Of a stretch of DNA of 32,000 bases, positions 16,079 to 23,216 are shown piece by piece. This DNA comes from Fibrobacter succinogenes subsp. succinogenes S85. Lineage in GTDB: Bacteria > Fibrobacterota > Fibrobacteria > Fibrobacterales > Fibrobacteraceae. The notes under the pieces are model-generated. The model had not been told where the DNA came from. It searched no databases and saw only the letters and a program-made list of their open reading frames with translations. Within the stretch, counting starts at the first letter, position 1. The number at the start of each line of letters is the position of its first letter. The stretch spans positions 2,610,001 through 2,642,000 of the forward strand of contig NC_017448.1 in NCBI RefSeq assembly GCF_000146505.1. The letters run 5' to 3'. The translations under genes were made by a program, and so were the position numbers.

Positions 16079-18145
16079 ATGAAAAAAACAAGTAAAATAC
16101 TTCTCGCGTTTGGACTTGGTTTTGCGTCCAATGCGCTTGCTGAAAATCCGATTATCCAGACGTACTATTCGCCGGACCCGGCACCGGTCGTGTTTGGCGA
16201 TACCGTTTGCGTGTACACGGGAAACGACGAAGGCGGTTCCTTCTTTACCATGCACGGTTGGCGCGTCTCTTGCACCACCGATATGGTGAACTGGACCGAT
16301 ATGGGCGAACTCATTCTCACGAATGAAAGCTTTGGTGGCAATGCCAAGAAAAACGGTGACTGGGCTGCTCAAGTTGTTCGTCGCAATGGCAAGTATTACT
16401 ACTACGTGACTGTAGAATCGACTCGCGGTGGCCGCGCTATCAACGTTGCCGTGGCCGACAAGCCGGAAGGTCCGTTCAAGGATGCTCGTAATGGTCAGCA
16501 TCTCGCAGGCCCGAACTGGGATTACATTGACCCGACCGTTTGGATTGACGATGATGGCCAGGCTTGGCTCTACTGGGGTAACCCGAAGCTCTATTATGCT
16601 AAGCTCAAAGAAAACATGATTGAGTTCGATGGCGATATCAAGGTGACGGACATGAGTCGCGGATTCTCTCCGAGCGGCAACTCTGTTTACACTGAAGGTC
16701 CGTGGATTCACAAGCGCGACAAAAAATATTACATGATTTACGCTTCCCATGGCGTGCCTGAAAAGATTTCTTACTCCACCAGTGATTCTCCGACGGGTCC
16801 GTGGAAGTGGGGCGGCGTCATCATGGATCAGGGCAACGGGACTGCGTTCACAAACCATTCCGGTCTCATTGACTTCAAGGGCCGTAGCTTCTTCTTCTAT
16901 CACAACCAGAAGAACGTGAGCGGCGGTGGCTATAGCCGTTCTACCGCCGTCGAAGAATTTACCTGGAATGCTGACGGCACGATTCCGACCATCAAGTCTA
17001 CGAATGATGGCGTCAAGAAGCCGATTAAGAACCTTGACCCGTTCACGCGCGTTGAAGCCGAAACGAAGTCTTGGGTCGGTGGCATCAACGTCGACAAGAG
17101 CGGTGGATATACCATCATCAAGCACGTGGCAAAGCAGGGCGATAACGTCTACCTCACCAACATGGGTTCGAACTTCTATACAAAGGTTCGCTCTGTGGAC
17201 ATGGGTGATGGCGCAGACCGCATCATCGTTTGCACGAGAGGTAATGGCGGTAAGATTGAACTCCACGCCAAGTCCGAAACAGGTGCAACACTTGCAACAA
17301 TGAATATTCCGGCAAGTTCTAGCTGGCAAGAAAACACCTTCGACTTGAAGGATGCTGCAGGCGTTGAAGACTTGTTCTTCGTTGTCAAGCAGGGTGGTTT
17401 CGATTTCGACTATTGGTATATGGAAAGCGAAAAGACTGCTGTTCCGCAGACCCCGTTCAAGGAAGTCGCATCTGCAATCCCGGGCAAGATCGAAGCTGAA
17501 GATTACGATGTCGGTGGTCACAACAAGGCCTTCTACGATAACGACCGCGAAAACAAGGGCGGCGCCTATCGCGAAGATGAAGTGGACATCGTGCAAATTG
17601 ACTCTGCGGACAAGTCTAAGGGCTTCGCTCTCGGTTACACCGAAGATGGCGAATGGGTGGAATACACTATCGATAACCAGATTGCGTCTGAATACACGGT
17701 TCGTTTGAACATGGCTACGGCATCTGATGATGTCGGTGTCCAGTTCTTCATTGACGACAAGGAAATTACCGATGTCATCAAGGCCGAAAAGGGCGAAGAT
17801 TGGGATCATTATTCTACGGTTGAAGCAAAGACCAAGGAAATCCCGAAGGGCGAACATGTACTCAGAATGCAGATTGTCGGGAACTTCGTGAACGTAGACT
17901 GGTTCAAGTTCTGCATGGGCTTTGACTGCGAAGAAAGCTCTATTGCACTCCCGAAATCTCGCGTGGAACTCCAGATTCCTGAAAAGATTTACGCAGTCTT
18001 TGGCATGACCGGCAAGTTCCTCGGCAACGTCGAAGTCAACGGTCAGAGCGTTGCTAAGTCCATCCGCGCTGCAGGCTTTACGCCGGGTGTATACATGGTC
18101 CGCAGCGTTGGCCAGTCCAAGACCTTCCGCGTCCTCGTGAAGTAA
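16079..18145 (+). CDS. Secreted GH43 arabinofuranosidase/xylosidase + internal CBM6-like module + second CBM6 + paralogous tail. It is probably co-transcribed with the beta-helix gene, since the gap is ~20 nt.
   Basis: MKKTSKILLAFGLGFASNALA is a signal peptide; the alternative ATG at 16067 is possible. GH43 motifs are NPIIQTYYSPDPAPVVFGD, WAAQVVRRNGKYYYYV, YIDPTVWIDDDGQAWLYWG and TEGPWIHKRDKKYYMIYA. The CBM6 module is IPGKIEAEDYD...GEWVEYTI...VNVDWFKF. The tail is IYAVFGMTG...PGVYMVRSVGQSKTFRVLVK. Confidence 0.85.
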   Translation: MKKTSKILLAFGLGFASNALAENPIIQTYYSPDPAPVVFGDTVCVYTGNDEGGSFFTMHGWRVSCTTDMVNWTDMGELILTNESFGGNAKKNGDWAAQVVRRNGKYYYYVTVESTRGGRAINVAVADKPEGPFKDARNGQHLAGPNWDYIDPTVWIDDDGQAWLYWGNPKLYYAKLKENMIEFDGDIKVTDMSRGFSPSGNSVYTEGPWIHKRDKKYYMIYASHGVPEKISYSTSDSPTGPWKWGGVIMDQGNGTAFTNHSGLIDFKGRSFFFYHNQKNVSGGGYSRSTAVEEFTWNADGTIPTIKSTNDGVKKPIKNLDPFTRVEAETKSWVGGINVDKSGGYTIIKHVAKQGDNVYLTNMGSNFYTKVRSVDMGDGADRIIVCTRGNGGKIELHAKSETGATLATMNIPASSSWQENTFDLKDAAGVEDLFFVVKQGGFDFDYWYMESEKTAVPQTPFKEVASAIPGKIEAEDYDVGGHNKAFYDNDRENKGGAYREDEVDIVQIDSADKSKGFALGYTEDGEWVEYTIDNQIASEYTVRLNMATASDDVGVQFFIDDKEITDVIKAEKGEDWDHYSTVEAKTKEIPKGEHVLRMQIVGNFVNVDWFKFCMGFDCEESSIALPKSRVELQIPEKIYAVFGMTGKFLGNVEVNGQSVAKSIRAAGFTPGVYMVRSVGQSKTFRVLVK

Positions 18146-18167
18146 AACGGAACTAGTAAAATTTCAG

Positions 18168-18195
18168 AATGGCGACCTCCGGGCCGCCATTTTTG
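18168..18195 (+). terminator. Intrinsic terminator closing the hemicellulase cluster
   Basis: Stem aatggcg...cgccatt with inner cc/gg pairs, followed by a T run (ccatttttg). Confidence 0.65.
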
Positions 18196-18261
18196 TATTA
18201 TGACACTATTTGTCATTCGTTTTTATTATATTACTCTTGTGAAAAAAGCGAAAGGGAGCCG

Positions 18262-18735
18262 ATGAAAGTTACTCATGAAGAATGGACCGCACGCCTCGAA
18301 GCTGCTGGATTGACGGTAACGCACAACGGGAATGTCGTGAATCCGCGAGATGGATACACGATAGGTTTTGTCTCGTTTAAACAGTGGAGCTTTAAAGAAC
18401 CGTATATTTATGAAATTACCGAATTGGAGTGCTCCGATATTCATTACCAATATACGGATTTAGGGACCGGTTTTGCAAACCAGATGGTGAATGACGCAAA
18501 TCAATATCATGTGCGCCGCGTGGCTAAAGACGATGTAGACGGCTTTATTAAAGTTTGTAAGGAATTTATTGAATGGGTCAATGCCACGTACCCCAGGGAG
18601 AAAGTTCTCGAAAAGCAAAAACGCGATGATGAACGCCGTGAAGAATCTTTCAAAAGATTGCACGAGTGGAATAAGAAAATGAAAGATCGTCGCGACAAGT
18701 GGCAAAAAGATTTATCCGATCCTTCTACAAAATAA
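18262..18735 (+). CDS. Hypothetical protein (157 aa) with a charged K/R/E/D-rich C-terminus and no recognisable motif
   Basis: SD aaagggag precedes the ATG at 18262 (MKVTHEEW...). The upstream part of the ORF-track ORF overlaps the terminator. The 3' end overlaps the convergent hipA stop by 11 nt. Confidence 0.5.
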   Translation: MKVTHEEWTARLEAAGLTVTHNGNVVNPRDGYTIGFVSFKQWSFKEPYIYEITELECSDIHYQYTDLGTGFANQMVNDANQYHVRRVAKDDVDGFIKVCKEFIEWVNATYPREKVLEKQKRDDERREESFKRLHEWNKKMKDRRDKWQKDLSDPSTK

Positions 18736-20020
18736 ATTCATGTACTCCGGCAATCGCCCGAGCGATCCTTATCGGCACTCCGTTTTGCTTGGCGAGCTTT
18801 TTCCATTGCATTACGGCGTCTTCAACTTCAGCAAGAATTTTCTTGTAACGTCCTTGCTTCAATCCCGCAAACTTGGCTACAGCTTTGAAGTCGTCTAGCT
18901 TAAACCCGCTACGCTTTCCGTTGAACGTCATCTGGTGCGTCCCAGTCCATGTCCCTTGTGGATTGTAGGCGTACGTCATGTCAAATGCGGGCGCTAAAGT
19001 CCACACACCGCGCTTGTCCATCAAGAAACCGATATTTTTGGCGTGGTCGTCTTGGTTGCGTGCGCAGATATTGAATGCAGCTCGGCGATACATTTCTTCA
19101 AGCGCGTCATAACCGAGTTCAAGTCGCTTGATTACATTTAGCGCCTGTTCGTAACTGTATGCTCCCGGCATGTTGAAATCGTAATGGGCGATGCCGCAAA
19201 GCGACTGGTAATGCAATTTCTTTCCGCCCGCTAGACGGTCAAAACGTCTCGTCATAAAATGCCTATGGCCCGCACATTCGTAGAGTCGGCATTCTGTCAT
19301 TTCAATACCCGCAAGTTTTGCCATTTGCGAATAAGAATATTCAATAGCTCCGTAGCCGAACAAGTCTGCACTTTCTTTGTCGCGGTTGTTTGTAACGTCG
19401 TCAAGTTTCAAAAGCCAATAGCCAAATCTCGGATCGGTCGCCACTTGCCCTGAATGCATTTCACCACTTTCCTCATCGTAGGCCACAAGGATTTTTGCAC
19501 GAGCGCCGCCCGCAGACGTGCCGACCCTGAGTATTTCTTCAAACGATTTGTTTCCTTTTTTGCTGAGAGCTTTTGTTGAAAATCGTTTGCGCTGATTCAA
19601 GACTTCCGCTGCTAAAATTCTCAAGTTTTCAACGTTTAAAGAATCGTCCGTTGTAGAATCTGGTCCCTGTAATGGAAAAAACTCCAGTGCGCCCATGCCC
19701 CGGTTGCCCGTATAACACAAGCGTTCGAGTGCTGTGAAACTTTCTGGTGAACGCCCTTGCCGTAAAAGCCATGTGTCAATAATGCTATTGCCGAACTTGT
19801 CCGGGAGGCTATCTGCAAAAAGCCCAGGCAGTCCATGAAATGTCTTTGATAACATCGGGAACGAATAAATCTGCCGAGAGACCGGCATGGCGATGGGTGA
19901 GGGCTCAATGCCCGCCCCGATAAAGTTCGGCGCGTATTCAAAACGCGCAACGCTTTCGCCTTCCATCATTGAAAGCGCCCCGATTGTCGTTCCCCAAAGT
20001 TTTACTTCCACCGCAATCAT
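18725..20020 (-). CDS. hipA: Type II toxin HipA-family serine/threonine kinase
   Basis: The N-terminal HipA coupling domain is LWGTTIGALS...ARFEYAP. The catalytic loop is NQDDHAKNIGFLM. The protein is 431 aa and lies 9 nt downstream of an XRE-HTH gene. Confidence 0.85.
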   Translation of the reverse strand: MIAVEVKLWGTTIGALSMMEGESVARFEYAPNFIGAGIEPSPIAMPVSRQIYSFPMLSKTFHGLPGLFADSLPDKFGNSIIDTWLLRQGRSPESFTALERLCYTGNRGMGALEFFPLQGPDSTTDDSLNVENLRILAAEVLNQRKRFSTKALSKKGNKSFEEILRVGTSAGGARAKILVAYDEESGEMHSGQVATDPRFGYWLLKLDDVTNNRDKESADLFGYGAIEYSYSQMAKLAGIEMTECRLYECAGHRHFMTRRFDRLAGGKKLHYQSLCGIAHYDFNMPGAYSYEQALNVIKRLELGYDALEEMYRRAAFNICARNQDDHAKNIGFLMDKRGVWTLAPAFDMTYAYNPQGTWTGTHQMTFNGKRSGFKLDDFKAVAKFAGLKQGRYKKILAEVEDAVMQWKKLAKQNGVPIRIARAIAGVHEFIL

Positions 20021-20029
20021 GTTGTACCG

Positions 20030-20446
20030 TTACTTGTCTTCGTTCCAAACCCAGGGTGTTTTGGAAGCATCGTTGGCTGGTTTGTCTGCGTTGTATTCGG
20101 CGGCGTTGTCCGCTAAAATGTTTGCTGTGTTTGTGTTTTTATGCGGGCTGCGGACTCGTTGGCGGCTCTTGATTTTTCCCATATATAAAAGCTGCATGGG
20201 GGAGGGCGAATCGTCGGGGAAAATGCTTAAAAAGCTTTCAAGCATCCCGCATGCACGTAGTACCTTGATGAAATTTACAACCTGTACAGAATCGCCACGC
20301 TCGATGCGCTCAACGGTTCCCTTGCTCACTCCCGACTGTTCGGCAAGTTGCGCTTGTGTCCAGTTGTTCCGAATGCGGAATGCTGCCAAACGTTTCCCGA
20401 GTAGCGTGAGTGCAGATTCATCAGTCTGTGCGGAGTATGCGTTCAT
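20030..20446 (-). CDS. hipB: HipB-like XRE-family HTH antitoxin/repressor with a long C-terminal extension
   Basis: The HTH is LGKRLAAFRIRNNWTQAQLAEQSGVSKGTVERIERGD. SD aaaggaggga lies upstream of the ATG at 20446. It forms an operon with hipA. Confidence 0.8.
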   Translation of the reverse strand: MNAYSAQTDESALTLLGKRLAAFRIRNNWTQAQLAEQSGVSKGTVERIERGDSVQVVNFIKVLRACGMLESFLSIFPDDSPSPMQLLYMGKIKSRQRVRSPHKNTNTANILADNAAEYNADKPANDASKTPWVWNEDK

Positions 20447-20512
20447 GTTCCCTCCTTTTTCCTAAAAATAATATACTAAAAGCCACTGAAAAAGTCAAAT
20501 GTTATCTATTTA

Positions 20513-20557
20513 AATTTAATGAATAAATGCCTAAAATAGTGCTTAATTCATTAAATT
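20513..20557. promoter_or_regulatory. Candidate HipB operator: a 12-bp perfect inverted repeat in the divergent intergenic region
   Basis: aatttaatgaat (20513-20524) and attcattaaatt (20546-20557) are separated by 21 bp, 67-111 bp upstream of the hipB start. Confidence 0.35.
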
Positions 20558-20730
20558 AAAAGAATTAAGCAATAAAGGAGGGAGTGATTGACGTCTTGGT
20601 GTGGTTTTTGAAAGATTGCCTTTTGTTCGCTCTAAATGGTATTTCTGAAAAAAGTAAGCTTTTTGAAGCGTTTTTGGCGTACATAGTGTTTTTTAGAGTA
20701 TATTTAATTTCAAAAAAAAGGCTGGTAAAT

Positions 20731-21663
20731 ATGACCGAAAAGGCAAAAGCAAAGAAAGCTGTCTCCAAAAAAGCTGCAGAATCATCAAAGACAACTACTG
20801 CTAAAAAGGCTACGGTAGCTAAGAAGGCTGTGGCGTCTCCAAAGTCTCCTGTAACCAAGAAACCCGCTGCTGCCAAGAAGCCCGCAGCAACTAAAAAATC
20901 CTCTGAACAAAAAGTTGTCGTCGCGAAAGACAAAAATGACTTAATAAAGCTGATAAAAGCCGCCATAAAAAAGGATGGCGAAAATTGCGATTTGAATTTC
21001 ATTGACGTATCTAAAGTTACGGAAATGAACGAACTGTTCATGGAAAGCAAATTTAATGGCGACATCAGCAAGTGGGATGTGTCCAATGTGACTGATATGA
21101 GATTTATGTTTGAAGGGTCCCGATTTAACGGCGATATCAGTAAGTGGAATGTGTCAAATGTGACGACTATGGACTCTATGTTCAAGCATACTCCGTTCTG
21201 TGGCGATATCAGCAAATGGAACGTATCAAATGTGACGAGTATGAACTTTATGTTCTGCGGATCGGCTTTCAACGGTGACATCAGCAAGTGGGATGTATCC
21301 AATGTGACCGACATGAGTTTTATGTTTGCTGATTCGCAATTTGATGGTGATATCAGTCAGTGGAATGTGTCGAAGGTGACGAGCATGGACTTTATGTTCA
21401 AAGAATCTCCGTTCGATGGCGACATCAGCAAATGGAACGTATCGAATGTGACTAGCATGAATTCTATGTTTGATCGGTCCCGGTTCAATGGCGACATCAG
21501 CAAGTGGAACGTGTCCAAAGTAACTACAATGGAAGCCATGTTTGCAGATTCTGAATTCAGCGGTAACATCAGTAAATGGAAGGTCTCAAAAGACGCAAAT
21601 ATGTTTGAATTGTTTGTTGGATCTCCTTTGGAATGTGATCCTCCAAAGTGGTACAAGGAATAA
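20731..21663 (+). CDS. Protein with an N-terminal Lys/Ala-rich histone-H1-like tail fused to ~8.5 tandem 24-aa DUF285 / BspA-type leucine-rich repeats
   Basis: The N-terminus is MTEKAKAKKAVSKKAAESSKTTTAKKATVAKKAVASPKSPVTKKPAAAKKPAATKK. It is followed by repeats of F(N/D)GDISKW(N/D)VS(N/K)VT.M..MF with a 72-nt period. No signal peptide is evident. A GTG at 20584 with SD aaggagg is an alternative start. Confidence 0.7.
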   Translation: MTEKAKAKKAVSKKAAESSKTTTAKKATVAKKAVASPKSPVTKKPAAAKKPAATKKSSEQKVVVAKDKNDLIKLIKAAIKKDGENCDLNFIDVSKVTEMNELFMESKFNGDISKWDVSNVTDMRFMFEGSRFNGDISKWNVSNVTTMDSMFKHTPFCGDISKWNVSNVTSMNFMFCGSAFNGDISKWDVSNVTDMSFMFADSQFDGDISQWNVSKVTSMDFMFKESPFDGDISKWNVSNVTSMNSMFDRSRFNGDISKWNVSKVTTMEAMFADSEFSGNISKWKVSKDANMFELFVGSPLECDPPKWYKE

Positions 21664-21711
21664 ATAACTGCGAAAGTTGATGCGGGCTAGTTTCCCGAAC
21701 GCATCTATTGA

Positions 21712-22635
21712 ATGGATTGGAATTGTATGAATAACCCCCCAAAAAAAAGTGAAGCATATCTAATGCCAAAGCCAAAATTCGTGAACAAAATCAAATTCCA
21801 ACAAGAGCCAGGCACGTCAGAGACGGTTATGCCGTCAGACGATATGCTTATGTATTTTGAAAAGCACATTATAGCTCCTGCTGAAGAAGAGTGCGGTTAC
21901 GGCATCTACAGCAAGGCCCTCGAAATCCCTATTTTTTTTGTCAGTGAAAAGACCATCAACCAAAAGGGCCTAGCGATTGATTGTGGCGTTTCCGATGATT
22001 TACGTAAACTCCATGATATCGTGGATGAAGATCGGTTTTGGAAACTAGAAACGGCTCTAGTAGATAGGGCTGATCCCATCGGCCTCTACCTCCCTAAGGG
22101 CGAGTTTCAGGACCAGGGACCAGAAATTTGGGTCTCATACGAAAAAATCCGCAACCAGCATCAGAAATGGCAGGATTCAAAATACACTACGGCTCTGACC
22201 TTGGTTCACGAGCTGGGGCATGCTATTATGGATGCTCCAACGTCGGGCCTTTATTGTCTGAAAACATGGGTTGAGGAGCCTTTGGCTAACATGATTGCCC
22301 TCTATTACCTAGATTCTGTCGGCCCGTCAACGACCAATGGATTTGACCGGATGGAATATGTCACGGATTTCGTAAAAACACAGCCGGAGAAATATGCGCT
22401 GGGTTTGAATCTGTTCCGTTCCAGTCGGAAATTTGACTGGGAAGCATGGAAAAATGCCAAGTGGCTTTTGTGCTTCAAGATTGACGCCCTCTTGGACTGG
22501 GTGGAATACATCAAGGGGAACTTGGGCAATGTTGATGATCTGCGTCTTGAGGCTTTGTTCCGCGAGATTGTCCGCCAGCCGATAGAGTTTAACCAGACTC
22601 TTTTGCAGCAGGCGGAAAAGCTTTATGAGAAATAA
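21712..22635 (+). CDS. Hypothetical protein with an HExxH zinc-metallopeptidase motif (ImmA/IrrE-like LVHELGHAIM)
   Basis: A single long ORF containing TLVHELGHAIMD, followed ~20 aa later by VEEPLAN (a possible third ligand). The start is uncertain; in-frame ATGs also occur at 21727 and 21763. Confidence 0.5.
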   Translation: MDWNCMNNPPKKSEAYLMPKPKFVNKIKFQQEPGTSETVMPSDDMLMYFEKHIIAPAEEECGYGIYSKALEIPIFFVSEKTINQKGLAIDCGVSDDLRKLHDIVDEDRFWKLETALVDRADPIGLYLPKGEFQDQGPEIWVSYEKIRNQHQKWQDSKYTTALTLVHELGHAIMDAPTSGLYCLKTWVEEPLANMIALYYLDSVGPSTTNGFDRMEYVTDFVKTQPEKYALGLNLFRSSRKFDWEAWKNAKWLLCFKIDALLDWVEYIKGNLGNVDDLRLEALFREIVRQPIEFNQTLLQQAEKLYEK

Positions 22636-22646
22636 AAAGTAATCTT

Positions 22647-23015
22647 TTATTGCACAACTTCAATCGGGACGACCTCGTAAATGAAAGGAGGCGTGTCCGA
22701 CGCCATAAGCTCTTCTGGAGTGGTTTCGTGCTTTGCTGCGGTCTCGTAATCGAGATAGTATTCTCCAGTGTCGCTAGGATATTGTTCGTATTCGGGCATT
22801 ATCCTGATATTGACACTGTAGAATTTATCGATTCCAGAGATGTCGAAGCCGAAATTCTTTTCTTCAATGGAGCCCAACTCGGGGGAGTTGTCCAGAATTT
22901 TTTGCAAGGGTTCCCTGCGAGGCGATGCGTAAACAATGAATCTGCCGCCGGGCGGGTATTTTCCCATGATTGCATATGCCATGCTATCATTCTGTTTCAT
23001 GCTCAATTTGTCCAT
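22647..23015 (-). CDS. Hypothetical acidic protein (122 aa)
   Basis: The ORF is convergent with the HExxH gene, with an 11-nt gap. Codon usage is plausible and no motif was recognised. Confidence 0.4.
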   Translation of the reverse strand: MDKLSMKQNDSMAYAIMGKYPPGGRFIVYASPRREPLQKILDNSPELGSIEEKNFGFDISGIDKFYSVNIRIMPEYEQYPSDTGEYYLDYETAAKHETTPEELMASDTPPFIYEVVPIEVVQ

Positions 23016-23216
23016 GCGTTTAATATAGATTTTTCTCGAAAATCATATGTCGGAAAAATCTGCTGCTGAAGTTCGTTGTCGCCTTGTTCGCATCTCTAGC
23101 GAAATAGTCTCCGTGACGCCTGAAAAGGCTCTGCTGTGGCTTTCTTGACTCGTGCTTTGTATGCTTTGTGATTTTTAGTGTATATTTGAACAAAAATGAT
23201 AAAAAAGGATTTCAAT

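Noticed and set aside
14360-17857. A very long (1165-aa) minus-strand ORF spanning two plus-strand genes
   Set aside because: It is an antisense shadow of the well-supported beta-helix and GH43 genes. The translation is R/V/H/A-rich and low in complexity, with no motif, no SD and no signal peptide. Long stop-free antisense frames are expected in G+C-rich, codon-biased genes.
20584-20730. GTG start at 20584 (behind aaggagg), which would add 49 residues to the DUF285 protein
   Set aside because: It is not firmly rejected. The extension (MIDVLVWFLKDCLLFALNG...) looks like translated AT-rich promoter DNA and overlaps the hipB-proximal regulatory region, so I annotated the ATG at 20731 and flagged the alternative.
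20565-21656. Minus-strand ORFs 20565-21314 and 21357-21656 with repeated TFDTFHLL(I/M)SP peptides
   Set aside because: They mirror the 72-nt DUF285 repeats on the + strand. The + strand frame gives the recognised FNGDISKWNVSNVT repeat and has a plausible start.
23140-23190. Possible promoter for the AddB-like gene (TTGACT at ~23146, TTGTAT-N18-TATATT near 23157-23186)
   Set aside because: The spacing is suboptimal and several alternatives exist in this AT-rich stretch. The support is too weak to list as a feature.
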